A DNA stretch of 64,000 nt from Pristiophorus japonicus (taxonomy: Eukaryota). Below are positions 10,410-24,523 of this stretch, one piece after another (the stretch's first letter is position 1; every line of letters starts with the position of its first letter). The stretch spans positions 30,256,001 to 30,320,000 of the forward strand of contig NC_091990.1 in assembly GCF_044704955.1 (NCBI RefSeq), read 5' to 3'. The position numbers and the translations under genes are program-made. A model generated the notes under the pieces. That model searched no databases and had not been told where the DNA came from. It worked only from the letters and a program-made list of their open reading frames with translations.

Positions 10410-12370
10410 GGAAAGCTCCTAGATTGCTGTAAAAACCTAATCAGTTCACTGCTACCCTTCAGAAAAAGGGATCTGCCACCTCTGTCCAGTCTGGCCTACA
10501 AGTGACTCGAGTCCCACACGTTGTGGTTGACTCTTACTGCCCTCTGACTTCGCCGAGCAAGTTGTAAGTAATCACTACATAATTCAATCATATGAAGACA
10601 ACTGGAAGGACCTATCGGAGATGACTCAGCCACAAGATCAGAATAAGACCGAGGCAATCTCAGCCCAGTCAACCTTGCAGAGTTATCTTCGCCAGCATCT
10701 GGTGCCCAAGTTGGGAAAGCTGTTCCCTAGACTAGTCAAGCAACCGCCTGATGTAATCATACTCCCAGAATCGTGTCTTTCAGTCAGCATCAAGGCAGAA
10801 AAGCATCCTTGGTGAACGCAGAGTGTAGCAGGGCATGCCAGGAGAAGCACCTGGCATACTTTAGAATGAGGTACGATCCACGTAAAGCTGCTACACATGG
10901 CTGCCTGCATGCTAAACACTTAAAGCAACAGGCTATAGACAGAGCTTGGCTGTTCCACAATCAACGGATCAGAGCAAAGCTCTGTAGCCCGACCACATCT
11001 GGTCAAATGATGGTGCACAACCAGGAGGAGGAGTGTCCATGCACACCACCATCCTCAGCCATAGTAGAGCCCAGAATATGAGTACAAGAGACAAGGCAAG
11101 TGTTTGCAAGTGTCTTCAGCTAAAAGTACCAAGTGGATGATCTCTCTCGACCTCCTCCCAAGGTCCCCACTATCATAGATCCCAGTGTCCAGCTAGTTCA
11201 GTTCAATCCAGGTGACATTAAGAGGTGGCTGAGTGCATGTGATACAGTAAAGGCTATGGGTCCTGACAACATCCTGGCTGCAGTGCAGGAGACCTGTGTA
11301 CCAGAGCTAGTTGTTCCCCTAGCCAAGTTGTTCCAGTACAGTTATGGCACTGGCATTTACCTGGAAGATTGCCCAAGTTCTGTGTCAGCTGTGGCTCAGT
11401 GGGTAGCACATTCGCCTCTGAGTTAGAAGGTTGTGGGTTCAAGTCTCACTCCAGGAACTTGAACACATGAATCTAGGCTGACACTCCTGTGCAGTGCTGA
11501 GGGAGCGCTGCACTGTCGGAGGTGCCGTCTTTCGGATGAGATGTTAAAATTGAGGCCCTGCCTGCTCCCTCGGGTGGATGTAAAAGATTCCATGGCACTA
11601 TTTTGAAGAAGAGCAGGAAAGTTATTCCTGGTGTCCTGGCCAATATTTATCCCTCAATCAACATAACAAAAATAGATTATCTGGTCATTATCACATTGCT
11701 GTTTGTGGGAGCTTGCTGTGTGCAAGAACTTGTGGTGCGCAAATCGGCTACCGCGTTGCCCACATTTCAACAGTAACTACGATCTATAAAGTATTTAATT
11801 GACTATAAAGCACTTTGAGATGTCTGGTGGTCGTGAAAGGCGCTATATAAATGCAAGTCTGTCTTTCTTTCAAATATGTCCTACCTACAAAAAACAGGAT
11901 AAATCTAACTCAGCCATGTGCTACCTTAATAACAATTTCCAAATCATCAGCAAAATAATAGTAGGAGTCATCTATAATGCCATCAAGTAACACCTACTCA
12001 CTTGTTCTCCAATGCTTAGTTCAGGTTCTACCAAAACCATTTGGTGACAAACCCCATTATAACCTTGATCCAGACATGGACACGAGTTAAATGCCAGAAG
12101 AGAGATGTGTATAGCTGCCCTCAACATCAAGGCAACATTTGACCAAGTATGGACCAAAACTGGTCAATGAAGGTCAAAGGGAAAACCCTTCAGTGGCTGG
12201 AGTCATACTTGACCCAAAAGAAGATGGTCGTGGTTGTCATTACAGTCCCATAACATCACTGCAGGAGTTCCTCAGGGAAGCATTCTCGGCCCACCTATCT
12301 GCAACTGTTTGATCAATAGTCTCACTGTCAGGGCAACTAGGGATGGGCAATAAATGTGCCCACATACTGA
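10410..12370 (+). mobile_element. Degenerate CR1-group LINE of a second family, interrupted by a DeuSINE
   Basis: KAMGPDNI...PELVVPLAKLFQYSY and gvpQGSilgp-like remnants; tail gggcaactagggatgggcaataaatg. Related tail fragments at about 13623-13780 (+) and 36452-36716 (-). Confidence 0.7.
11382..11870 (+). mobile_element. Full-length DeuSINE (SacSINE1-like)
   Basis: gtggctcagtgggtagc / ggttcaagtc boxes; ggaggtgccgtctttcggatgag core; tail gtcgtgaaaggcgctatataaatgcaagtct. Confidence 0.85.
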
Positions 12371-13318
12371 GAACAAAGAAAAGAGCAAAGAATAGTTAAT
12401 AACAGTATTTACAATATATATTTTTCTTAATGTTAAATTTGGCATTTCCTCTTATCTTGGAAAGACAAATATCCTGATAGGTTCAAATTCAAATCTGGCT
12501 TTGGATCATCTGAAGATGAAACTAACCATCAGGCTCTCATTCCTCAGTATTAACCTTTACCCAAATAACATGTGGCTCAGAAAAAACACCATGATGCATG
12601 TTTGTTAAATCATACATTTGGAATTCCATGGATGTAATAGAAGACCTTGCTGGAACTGCTGCTTTTCAGTTAAGACTCATTAAAAACCCAACCATTTTGT
12701 TTGTACCAATGGCAAATGAAAGTGTATCCAAGGCAACGACCTCACCTGTTCATAAGCATTGTGAAGAGCCCAATGTAGAAAACCACGCTCACTGATGCTA
12801 AAAGGACTTGCAATGCTCACAGGATTAGTTTACTTGGAAAAGAGAATTAAATTATGTAGTGCTTTATCATGTTTCTCAAAAATGTCTCAAGGTGTCTCGT
12901 ACTGTGATATGTTTCGAAGTGCGATTACTGTGGCCTATTGTCCGATAGGCAAATGTGGTAGCCATTTTGCACACAGAAAGATCTCACAAACACCAATGAG
13001 ATGAATAGCCAGTTAATTTGCTTTTGTTAATTTTGCTTGAGGGAAAAATGTTGATCAGAACAGAAGGAACTGGCTGACTGCTGTTCCTGGATTAGTGCAA
13101 CATCCATTTTAAGCCCCAGTGCAGATAGATGGAGCCTTGGTTTAACACCTTATTCAAATTTTGGCACCTCTGACAATGCAGCACACCCCCATTATGGCAC
13201 TGGGTTGTTGGTTTAGATACTTAATTCGTGGAGTGGAACTTGAATATATTTTTAAAAGAATAAAGTTTGTGCCTTTAAGGATGCAACTTATGCAAGTTTC
13301 CCCTTTTTTTATTTGCAG

Positions 13319-13392
13319 GTTTTATTCTGAAGTTAAACATTTGGAAGCAGCCCCCTGATCTAAAATGCTATGATGACCAAGCATATTGGCAG
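13319..13392 (+). CDS. RHCE: Rh30 coding exon (exon 9 equivalent)
   Basis: ttgcag|GT...CAG|gtaagg; 74 nt; FILKLNIWKQPPDLKCYDDQAYWQ resembles human RH LLLNLKIWKAPH..KYFDDQVFWK. Confidence 0.93.
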
Positions 13393-13935
13393 GTAAGGAG
13401 AAAATTGCCTGTGCAAATAGGACCCACACCCAGAAATGCCTTATTTTCCTTTGGGGAATGTTGCTGTCATTTTGAGTTAATTATTCTAAATGACATTTTA
13501 CTCAGGTTCAAATTATCAGTGAAGGAGTTTGTTAATTTTTGAATAATTATTGACTGGTGCACATAATATATTGTACAGCAGCACTGTTTTGGATGTGAAT
13601 TCTCAATTCTTTTTGGTTCTTTGGAACTCCCTCTCCAACAGCACTGTAGGAGTACTTTCACCACACGGACTGCAGTGGATCAAGAAGGCGACTCACCACC
13701 ACCTTCTCAAGGGCAATTAGGGATGGGCAATAAATGCTGGCCTTTCCAGCAACGCGCACATCCCGGAATGAATTTTAAAAAGTTATAAATAGTATTTTAA
13801 ACAATATTTTTTGGGCAGAATTCTACTGACTGTGGTCTCTGCAAAAATAATGGGGGTGAAATTTGGCTTGGGCGGCAGTACAAAACAGGCAACAGTGCAT
13901 CGGCAGCCTGGTTTACACTCTGGAAACAAAGTTGC

Positions 13936-16900
13936 ACATAGAAACATAGAAAATAGGTGCAGGAGTAGGCCATTCGGCACTTCGAGCCTGCACCGCCATT
14001 CAATAAGATTATGGCTGATCATTCCTTCAGTACCCCTTTCCTGCTTTCTCTCCATATCCCTTGATTTGCAGTATCTCCAAATTTGCGGATGACACTAAGT
14101 TGGGTGGCAGTGTGAGCTGCGAGGAGGATGCTATTAGGCTGCAGAGTGACTTGGATAGGTTAGGTGAGTGGGCAAATGCATGGCAGATGAAGTATAATGT
14201 GGATAAATGTGAGGTTATCCACTTTGGTGGTAAAAACAGAGAGACAGACTATTATCTGAATGGTGACAGATTAGGAAAAGGGAAGGTGCAACGAGACCTG
14301 GGTGTCATGGTACATCAGTCATTGAAGGTTAGCATGCAGGTACAGCAGGCAGTTAAGAAAGCAAATGGCATGTTGGCCTTCATAGCGAGGGGATTTGAAT
14401 ACAGGGGCAGGGAGGTGTTGCTACAGTTGTACAGGGCCTTGGTGAGGCCACACCTGGAGTATTGTGTACAGTTTTGGTCTCCTAACTTGAGGAAGGACAT
14501 TCTTGCTATTGAGGGAGTGCAGCGAAGATTCACCAGACTGATTCCCGGGATGGTGGGACTGACCTATCAAGAAAGACTGGATCAACTGGGCTTGTATTCA
14601 CTGGAGTTCAGAAGAATGAGAGGGGACCTCATAGAAACGTTTAAAATTCTGACGGGTTTAGACAGGTTAGATGCAGGAAGAATGTTCCCAATGTTGGGGA
14701 AGTCCAGAACCAGGGGTCACAGTCTAAGGATAAGGGGTAAGCCATTTAGGACCGAGATGAGGAGAAACTTCTTCACCCAGAGAGTGGTGAACCTGTGGAA
14801 TTCTCTACCACAGAAAGTAGTTGAGGCCAATTCACTAAATATATTCAAAAGGGAGTTAGATGAAGTCCTTACTACTCGGGGGATCAAGGGTTATGGCGAG
14901 AAAGCAGGAAGGGGGTACTGAAGTTTCATGTTCAGCCATGAACTCATTGAATGGCGGTGCAGGCTAGAGGGGCTGAATGGCCTGCTCCTGCACCTATTTT
15001 CTATGTTTCTATGTTTCTATGATCCCCTTAACCGTAAGAGCCATATCTAACTCCCTCTTGAATATATCCAGTGAACTGGCATCAACAACTCTGCGGCAGG
15101 GAATTCCACAGGTTAACAACTCTCTGAGTGAAGAAGTTTCTCCTCATCTCAGTCCTATATGGCCTACCCCTTATCCTAAGACTATGTCCCCTGGTTCTGG
15201 ACTTCCCCAACATCGGGAAGATTCTTCCCACATATAACCTGTCCAATCCTGTCAGAATCTTATATGTTTTTATGAGATCCCCTCTCATCCTTCTAAACTC
15301 CAGTGAATAAAGGCCCAGTTGATCCAGTCTCTCCTCATATGACAGCCCAGCCATCCTTGGAATCAGTCTGGTGAACCTTCGCTGCACTCCCTCAATCGCA
15401 AAAACGTCCTTCCTCAGACTAGGTGACCAAAACTGAACACAATATTCCAGGTGAGGCCTCACTAAGGCCCTGTACAACTGCATTAAGACCTTCCTGCTTC
15501 TATATTCAAATCCCCTAGCTATGAAGGTCAACATACCATTTGCCTTCTTTACCGCTTGCTGTACCTGCGTGCCCACTTTCAGTGACTGATGAACCATGAC
15601 ACCGAGGTCTCGTTGCACCTCCCCTTTTCCTAGTCTGCCGCCATTCAGATAATATTCTGCCTTCGTGTTTTTGACCCAAAAATGGATAACCTCACATTTA
15701 TCCACATTATACTGCATCTGCTATGCATTTGCCCACTCACCTAACCTGTCCAAGTCACCCTGCAGCCTCTTAGTGTCCTCCTCACAGCTCACACCGCCAC
15801 CCAGTTTAGTGTCATCTGCAAACTTGGAGATATTACACTCTATTCCTTCATCCAAATCGTTAACGTATATTGTAAAGAGCTAGGGTCCCAGCACTGAGCC
15901 CTGCGGCACTCCACTAGTCACTGCCTGCTATTCTGAAAAGGACCCATTTATCCTGACTCTCTGCTTCCTGTCTGCCAACTAGTTCCCTATCCATGTCAGT
16001 ATATTACCCCCAATACCATGTGCTTTGATTTTGCACAGCAATCTCTTGTCAAAAGCCTTCTGAAAGTCCAAATACACCACATCCACTGGTTCTCCCTTGT
16101 CCACTCTGCTAGTTACATCCTCAAAAAATTCCAGAAGATTCGTTAAGCATGATTTCCCTTTCATAAATCCATGCTGACTTGGTCCGATCCTGTCACCGCT
16201 TTCCAAATGCGCTGCTATTTCATCCTTCATGATCGATTCCAACATTTTCCCCACTACTGATTTCAAGCTAACCGGTCTATAATTGCCCGTTTTCTCTCTC
16301 CCTCCTTTTTAAAAAAGTGGTGCTACATTAGCTACCCTCCAGTCCATGGGAACTGATCCAGAGTTGATAGACTGTTGGAAAATGATCACCAATGCATCCA
16401 CTATTTCTAGGGCCACTTCCTTGAGCACTCTGGGATGCAGACTGTCAGGCCCCAGGGATTTATCGGCCTTCAATCCCATCAATTTCCCTAACACAATTTC
16501 CCGCTTTATAAGGATATTCTTCAGTTTGTCCTTCTCACTAGACCCACTGTCCCCTAGTACATTCGGAAGGTTATTTGTGTCTTCCTTCGTGAAGACAGAA
16601 CCAAAGTATTTGTTCAATTGGTCTGCTTATTTCTTTGTTCCCCATTATAAATTCACCTGAATCCGACTGCAAGGGACCTACGTTTGTCTTCGCTAATCTT
16701 TTTCTCTTCACATATTTATAGAAGTTTTTGCAGTCAATTGTTATGTTCCCTGCAAGCTTCCTTTCGTACTCTATTTTCTCCCTGTTAATTAAACCCTTAG
16801 TCCTCCTCTGTCGAATTCTAAATTTCTCCCAGTCCTCAGGTTTGTTGCTTTTTCTAGCCAATTTATATGCCTCTTCCTTGGCTTTAACATTATCCTTAAT

Positions 16901-17620
16901 TTCCTTTGTTAGCCATGGTTAAGCCACCTTCCCAGTTTTATTTTTACTCCAGACAGGGATGTACATTTGCTGAAGTTCATCCATGTGATCTTTAAATGTT
17001 TGCCATTGCTTATCCACCGTCAACCCTTTGAGTATCGTTTGCCAGTCTATTCTAGGCAATTCACGCCTCATACCGTCGAAGTTATCTTTCCTTAAGTTCA
17101 GGACCCGAGTTTCCGAATTAACTTTGTCACTCTCCATCTTAATAAGGAGTTCTACCATATTATGGTCACTTTTCCCCAAGGGACCTCGCACAACAAGATT
17201 GTTAATTAGTCCCTTCTCATTACACATCACCCAGTCGAGGATGGCCAGCTCCCTGGTTGGTTCCTCGAGATATTGGTCTAGAAAACCATCCCTAATACAC
17301 TCCAGAAAATCCTCTTCCACCGCATTGCTACCAGTTAGGTTCGTCCAATCAATGTGTAGATTAAAGTCACCCATGATTACTGCTGTACCTTTATTGCACA
17401 CATCCCTTATTTCTTGTTTGATGCTGTCCCCAACCTCACTACTACTATTTGGTGGTCTATACACAACTCCCACTAGCATTTTCTGCCCTTTGAATTCCAC
17501 AGCTCCACCCATACCGATTCCATATCATCCAGGCTAATGTCCTTCCTTACAATTGCAGTGATTTCATCTTTAACCAGCAACGCCATCCCGCCTCCTTTTC
17601 CTTTCTGTCTATCCTTCCTA
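13936..17620 (-). mobile_element. Long CR1 LINE (endonuclease C-terminal half + RT, disrupted), carrying a nested CR1
   Basis: APE motifs GVVYRPP, MGDFN and SDHN (ORF 16919-17512); RT fragments 15082-16861; TTTCTATG tail at 13936. Confidence 0.93.
14066..15020 (+). mobile_element. Young 5'-truncated CR1 nested in opposite orientation
   Basis: Uninterrupted ORF2 C-terminus (SISKFADDTK...GYGEKAGRGY*); (TTTCTATG)3 tail; host sequence resumes at 15021. Confidence 0.93.
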
Positions 17621-17724
17621 AATTGACTTTAATCTCTCCACTCCCCCCGCCTAATCTCTCTCTCCTCCTCCCCCCCCCCCACCCCCCCACTTGCTGATGA
17701 TAAAAAGCTACTTGGGAATGTATG

Positions 17725-18226
17725 TTGTGAGGTGGATGCAAAGAGACTTCAATGGGAATATAGACAAGCTAAGTGAGGGGGAAGAACATAGCATGTGGAG
17801 ATTGAGTAGACTAGGCCTATATTCTCCAGAGTTTAGAAGAATGAGAGGTCATCTCATTGAAATATACAACATTCTTACAGGGCTTGACAGGGTTGATGCA
17901 GGGAGAATGCTTCCTCTGGCTGAGGAGTCTAGAACCAGGGATCACAGTCTCAGAATAAGGGGTTGGCCATTTAGAACTGAGATGAGGAGAAACTTCTTCA
18001 TGCAGAGGGTAGTGAATCTCTGGAATTCTCTACCCCAGAGGGCTGTAGAGGCTCAGTCTTTGATTCAAGACAGAGATTGATAGATTTTTGTATATTAAGG
18101 AAATCAAGGGAAATGGGGATAGTGCAGGAAAATGGAGTTGAGTTTGAAGATCAGCCATGATCTTATTGAACAGTGGAGCAGGCTCGAGGGGCCAACTGGC
18201 CCATTCCTGCTCCTAATTCTTATGTT
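17725..18226 (+). mobile_element. Older CR1 3' fragment
   Basis: RLGLYSPEFRRMRGHLIE...NLWNSLPQRAVEA plus 3' UTR ending ttcttatgtt. Confidence 0.85.
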
Positions 18227-18693
18227 CACTACTCTTTAGCTCTACTTCCATTTTTCTTTCTCTTTCTCTCTCCAAAGAGTGGACTGCTCAAAAGAAAATT
18301 GGTAAGCTGCTTTCCTAATCGAAACTAAAACACTAAGCCTTTTAAATGATTGCCTCCAGCTTTAATCTGAAATGCAACATGCCTTTGCATTGGAAATGAC
18401 GGCGGGTGTTTTAAATTAGCACTGGTTCGTCTTCAGACGCTCAAATCTTTCCAATCATATTATAGATGAACATGTCTGCAATTTCAAATATCACAAAAGC
18501 AGCAGTGAGTGACTAAGAATGAACTGCTGTTATATCAATCTTCCAGTAAATCTAGTTTATTTTTTCCTGAGAAGAACTCTGTAAAGAATTATGAGGGTAG
18601 TTTTGCTCTGGGGACTAATGTCTACCAGAAACTGCATTGAAAGTAGTTAACAGTAGAGCTGATTCAATTAATTTCTTTTTTTTTTTAAAACAG

Positions 18694-18720
18694 TTTCCAC
18701 ACTTGGCAACTATAATCTGA
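18694..18720 (+). CDS. RHCE: Rh30 terminal coding exon (exon 10 equivalent)
   Basis: Poly-T tract then aaacag|TTT CCA CAC TTG GCA ACT ATA ATC TGA = FPHLATII*, compared with human RhD/RhCE FPHLAVGF*. This C-terminus indicates Rh30 rather than RhAG/BG/CG. Confidence 0.9.
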   Translation, partial: FPHLATII

Positions 18721-19075
18721 AGAAAGAATTTCAAAAACTTCGTTCTTATTTTGAAACAAAGAACAGACACCAGAGTTTAAGAATTATTTCAGAAGATTGG
18801 AACTAATTTCATAAAAAGTGTACAAAGAAAAAGAACAAAAATCTATTGAATTTTAGCAAAGGATTAACGTAATGTGAAGTGTGTTCGTTACATGTTGAAC
18901 ACCCACTGAAGTGGGTAGAGCCTTTGTCGAAATGCTATAGCTTATGCATTATTCAGTTGTATCTGTTTTTTGATTAAATGTTGTATTGAATGTGTGCAAG
19001 GATGCATTCTGATAATGTGAAAACTTTTACCTAGAGTTAAAAAAGGTTAAAGAATTTTTAAGTAAGTAAATATTC

Positions 19076-19081
19076 AATAAA
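19076..19081 (+). terminator. Candidate polyadenylation signal of the Rh30 gene
   Basis: AATAAA about 355 nt after the stop, at the end of an AT-rich UTR-like stretch and just before a repeat. Confidence 0.55.
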
Positions 19082-21546
19082 AAAAGCAACGAGCTCCCCC
19101 AATGGCAGCATTTGGCAAATAAATGTATAGCACAATGTGGAACAGAGCCACACAGACCAGGAAGGCTCCAAGTTCAATCCATAGTCTGTGCTGAGTAAGA
19201 TGCGGTCAACCAGGGCAATAGTGCAGTGCAGTGCAGTGCCCCTTGGAAAGGAATGGGAAAATTAGAGGGCTCCCATTCTTGATCACTATTCAGTATTACC
19301 TGCAGGCAAAATGTCTGCGGATGCAAAAAAAAATCAAGGTTGGCTCTTGTACCGACTGTCTGGGCTCACACATGAAGAATGGTCATTTGGGAACATTACT
19401 GGAGGATTGATTTATGGTATGAAATTAGAGAGTATCCACTTTACAAATTTGTCCTCCAATGTAAAGTGTGCCAAGAGCATACATCAGAGCATTGGACATG
19501 GTCAACACACCAAATGTTTTTCAATTCAATTTTTTTTTTTAAGTTTCTACACCTGGAAACTACAAGCTGAAGAAACCGAGCACACCCTAAATGGACAGAA
19601 AGTCTGAATTGCTGACATGTTCTGTTGGGTGTGAAGCTCATCAGGAGCGCATATTCATAAAATCCATCTTTATTTCTACTAATATGACACCATCATTGAA
19701 AATTGATATCCGATTTTCTCCAACTTTAAGTAAAACCTTTTTAAAATTGAAAATATTTTATAGGTGTTCTAGTCAGAAGTGGGATAGGATTCAATATTTT
19801 CCATTCATAAAGCTGACTAATCCATAACCCACTCGACAGGTGAGTTTTTCACCCAGCATCGCTCATGGAAATATTTCTATCTAATTTCTATCTACAACAT
19901 TCCTCCAAGCTAGTTTTGTGTCAGCTCCAATACATTGCTTTTACTTTTATATACATAAAGATACTGGATGATGGACAAGTCATTCTTAATGGGATGAAAC
20001 ATATTTTGTAACAAGCCACAATTTCTTGATGTGCTTATCTGTTCAATAAAGTAAATCACTTGAAAATTAAAGGGGGAGTGTTTAGTCTGATACAAATGAG
20101 TATTTTAGTTTAGAATATTCCCATAAAACAATTAAACCTATTTCAATTGTTGCATGGTTACCAGATGTTGCTCCTTGCTTTTAACAGTGAGGATCCAATT
20201 TATGTTTTTTTTGGTCAGCCAAAAATCTGACTGACAGGAAGTCAAATGTAAAGGTTTCCAAATCAAGTTACTCAGAAATCTACACCCACCTGTAGGGTTT
20301 CCGTTTGTCCAAAATGAGCTGCATTCTCCCCATGGGGGACACATCCCACTTATCCAAGTCCACAGAGCTTTAGTGCAGGTTAGCAAGCCAGGTCTAAAGA
20401 CCGGCAAGTGTGTGCAGGATTATTACTGGAGTTCAACCGGCTAAAACTCCGCAACTTACCAGAGCTACTTTCTGTTGCTTGTCCACTTACATCTGCTCCA
20501 GGCGTTGGATTAATTGGAGCCAAGTGAGAAGAATCCTGATCCCCATCAACAACGCTGCCAGATTCTATGAGCCAGACTGGCTGGTAAATTATTAAAAAAA
20601 TGCCCTGGGATACTGCAGACCTACCTGGTTCAGGTATCAGATTGCCAATTTGATCACAAAAAGGGTTCTTTTAGTTTCAGGCTTCCACTGATAAGCATGC
20701 CATCATGAAACCACCAAATACTTTATTTGAAATGAGTCCCCAGGCTATATCGGATTACTAATGGGAGATGGTCTTCACCTTACTCTCTCTCTCTCTATCC
20801 TTCCTCCAAATTACATGAGAATCAGGTAGTAATAGCTATAGCAACACAAGATAGCAGTTATGCTCATTTTACATCACAAAAAGGTGCTAGTGCACATCAT
20901 CAAACCTATCAAGGGACTGATCATCTTCAATTTGGGCCTTCTATGGAATGCTCATCACTTTCAGTATAATAGGACCTGAAATACTCAATGACGATTCATC
21001 AATCTAGGGCTGATTACATACCTAAAGTTTGTTAATCCAGTAATATGAATGCTTTACTGTATTGATCATATTAGGCTAAAGTGCTCTTTACAGAACATCT
21101 CTTCAGATTAATTCTTAAATGCAGGAATCTGGGTATTAGCTACTCTCTCCCGCCACCATTTCAAAACTGTTCATACACTAACCACAATAGTAGCGTCAGT
21201 CAGACGTGTTTTGCCAAACCACTTCTTCTAAAATCACTGATAGCCCCATAAATTTTCCCCAAATTATATTTTCCTCTCCCAGGACAGGTAAAATAGTTCC
21301 CAAATCCCTGCAACCAGCTGACAGATGGAGTGCAAGAGTGAACAACTCACTCAATAACATTTCCAACCCTTCTTGTGAGGAAGCAATGTTTGATGTTGAT
21401 CTCTAATCATGTGACCAAGCTAATACATTCACAGTGCAGAGAATTATGGGCCCAGGTCCTTAGTTTATCCTTTCATGGCACAGCACATCGTACAATAACC
21501 TCCTGCATTAGCAGATAATTGTAAGTATTACAACAAATATGTCCAC

Positions 21547-21552
21547 TTTATT
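21547..21552 (-). terminator. Candidate distal polyadenylation signal of TMEM50A
   Basis: AATAAA on - (tttatt), with a second one near 21580, at the end of a largely repeat-poor AT-rich stretch downstream of the stop. No transcript evidence. Confidence 0.3.
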
Positions 21553-24110
21553 GCTACAGCTTTGAAATTTGGCTCTTATTTATTGAAGCGATTTAATATT
21601 TAGTAATTTTGCAATAATTTACATTGCATGTACACTTCATTAAAACAAATTTAAAAATATTGATTACCAAGTCATTAAAATACATGATTGAACTCCACAG
21701 TAACTTTACCAAAGCAAGAGAAAGGTCACAAAACTATAATTGCACTAAATTAAAGTTTGCATTGCATGTCTCTGCAAAACTAATATTCAAAATACAGGAT
21801 TATAAAAACATTTTCATGGGAATCTTTTGTACTGGTTTTTATTATCAGGAATGCAACAGTTACAGCACTACATATAAAAACAAAAACTGCTACATTAGCT
21901 ACCAAGCCAAAATGTGTGTAGGGTCACCCTACCCAATATCGCCATCAACTTAACCCATTTACACTCATGATTTGCAAATAAACTAACATTCTAAGGATGC
22001 CACCACAGCTTATCTGATCACTGAAGTTTCTCCATCATCAAATACATGGTTAGACACAGTTGATTAGTTAAAATGAATGTCATTATCGTGTAAAACTGGA
22101 ATTACAAGAACGCCCCTGCATTAACATTTCCCCTCCAACTCTGACAATGGCCCTCTATCACTGAACTACCCAAACCATCTATTGCTACTTGCTTTTCCGA
22201 GCCAGACTGATTTCAATAATGGATTCAGACAACTTGGATTTGGCAGACTGGAAAAGGGAGAACTAGCCAATTTAAAAGAGGAACGGTCATCAGGATTTTC
22301 CGGCTTACTAGCCCTGAAACCTCTGATGTAACTTTGCAATAATCATCAACACCGTTTCAACAAACAATAGCAAAGAGGTTGAACAATGCAGAAATTTAAC
22401 TCATTGCTATCTATGGAAACATTTTTTTTTAAAGTAGGTAATCACATAGAAATAGAAGACTAAACATCATCAAGAGTATTTCATTGGCTGTAAAGTGGCA
22501 GGACATCTTGAAGTCGTGAAAGTTAGTTTTATACAGAAGCTTCCATATTTAAAATACATTGGACGGGAATTTCCTGGAAATATCTGCCATAACAATGCCA
22601 CATCTATATTGCAAAGCTGTTTCCAGCGCAAAAATCTAAGGAAAATAGGGCATGTAAACGAGTTCACGCTATTCTAAATTTCCTGGAACTTTTGCAGAGA
22701 GCTCAGACGAAACACTCCCATAACTGCGCCCCTAGCTGCAAGCACAAATCTGATTCAGGTTGGTTTACTTGTAGTGTTCAGTTATGCCCAAAAAATCTAC
22801 ACACAAGTGGGCCTGATGTCACCTACTAGTAGCATCATTTATGACTCTTAGGATTCTCAGCCAGGCTAGACTATTTGCAGCTTGATTTTTAGAACAGATT
22901 TTTTTTCCATGTTTTTTTTTGCGTTGTCTCTTACTTTGCTTGGATTAGTTTTCCTGACCCAGATTCCTGCAAGTTCCTAAAGCTAATATTTGTAGGATCT
23001 CCACTCGTGTTCAGAATGGCAAAGTAGCACCAGTGGCTGTTCCACGGGACAATTCGCTTTTCACCATTATCATGGAGGGGCAGAGGCATGAGACACACGA
23101 TGGCAGGACATAGCACAAACTCGCTATTACCTCCCCCCCCCTGCCCCACTTCCCCTAAAGGGTGCACAGAATGGACTTGCAATTTCTAGAATGTTCGAGA
23201 CTTACAAGTGAAATTGTGTATTGGGCGGAGCAGTTTACATATCTGGGATCATTGTTTCACAAGTCACGTCGAAGCAAGGCAGAAATATGACACAGAATTG
23301 CACTGATGTGCCAGGCGATGATGGACTACATATGGTCGTTGCATTTCCTGCCTCCAACAAAACTTTACTTGTATAATGCGTGCATCATTTGAATTCTCCA
23401 GGATGCATTGGAGACTTGGACTGTCTCCCACACAGTCCTGCAAAAGTTAATACAGCGGACGAGTGGTGTTTTTGTTGCATCTGCCGGTCTGACCATGTCA
23501 TCATTAGTTAGGTCAGAAAGAGGGCTGCCCAATCTCCAAAAGATGTGCAATCACTGTTTGTGGCTACCTTCAAGCAGTCACACACCTCCAAAGCAATCAT
23601 TCCTCGTCCTCTGAAAATATGGAAACGGCCCCCTAAAGAAAACAAATAGCACTTGGCTCTCGACTGTTATATCTGTCCACACGTCAAGAGAATACGCGGG
23701 TTTTCTCTAGAACAGAGAACCGAGATGGAGACACCAGATCCACCAAGCAACGCTGTGAAGGAGCATGCTACAAAGAATGCTTACAGGGCATAACGGTCAT
23801 ACCAAGACCCACCCATTGACTTCACTTAGAGATAGCACCTGTGTGAAATGGTGCCCACCCTTGGTTACACCTCTTCCGAGGTCCATGGAACAGCAGGTTT
23901 GTTGCGCCATATGCAAATTAGTTTCCCAGGAATTATGGAATAAGCTCACGTTGGGAGGTTCGGTGTGAAACGCAGGGTGACTTGTGACAAACGTACCAAT
24001 TACGCCTTGCCAGGATATTCCCATCCATTTTTTTTTTAAATCATGCTCCGTTTCATCTGCAATCCTCCACCATTTTGAATTCGGCTACTGTTACAGTTTA
24101 ATCTGTTCTA

Positions 24111-24111
<1 letters not shown>

Positions 24112-24141
<30 letters not shown>
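24112..24141. repeat. (TAT)n microsatellite, probably in the TMEM50A 3' UTR
   Basis: About 10 ATT/TAT units. Confidence 0.85.
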
Positions 24142-24345
24142 GTCACTCATCCTGTCAATGCCCCTTTAAAAACAAGCCAGATATCAATATTACAAAGTCA
24201 GATATGAGTGACAAACTCAAGGAAAGTTTGTAGTGTAATGGCAGCATGTAAATTGAACAGCAAAAAAGTTACAAATATAGCGAGATACAGGTTGTATGAG
24301 AAATAAAATACAGAATATAGTTAATACACTGCAATGCCTGGATAT

Positions 24346-24391
24346 TTACTGCCACAGATCTTCTGTACGTCCAAACTTGAACACCAGGCCC
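24346..24391 (-). CDS. TMEM50A: TMEM50A last coding exon
   Basis: ttgcag|G GGC...CAG TAA; GLVFKFGRTEDLWQ* (TMEM50A-type C-terminus). The six exons sum to 480 nt = 159 aa + stop. Confidence 0.95.
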
Positions 24392-24523
24392 CTGCAAGAA
24401 ATGAGACATTTCATGAGCAAAAGATTAAGAAAAAGATTTTGTATTTTAGTTGCTTAGAATTAGTGTTTAAAAGTTTTAGAAATAGACCTTGTGTAGACTT
24501 TACACGACTGCAAATATACTTAC

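Noticed and set aside
11382-11455. tRNA-like sequence with A/B boxes
   Set aside because: It is the head of a DeuSINE that continues into the Deu core and LINE-type tail; not a tRNA gene.
22560-23210. CpG-richer segment with an 83-aa ORF downstream of the TMEM50A stop
   Set aside because: No recognisable protein or clear termini; probably an old repeat or UTR sequence.
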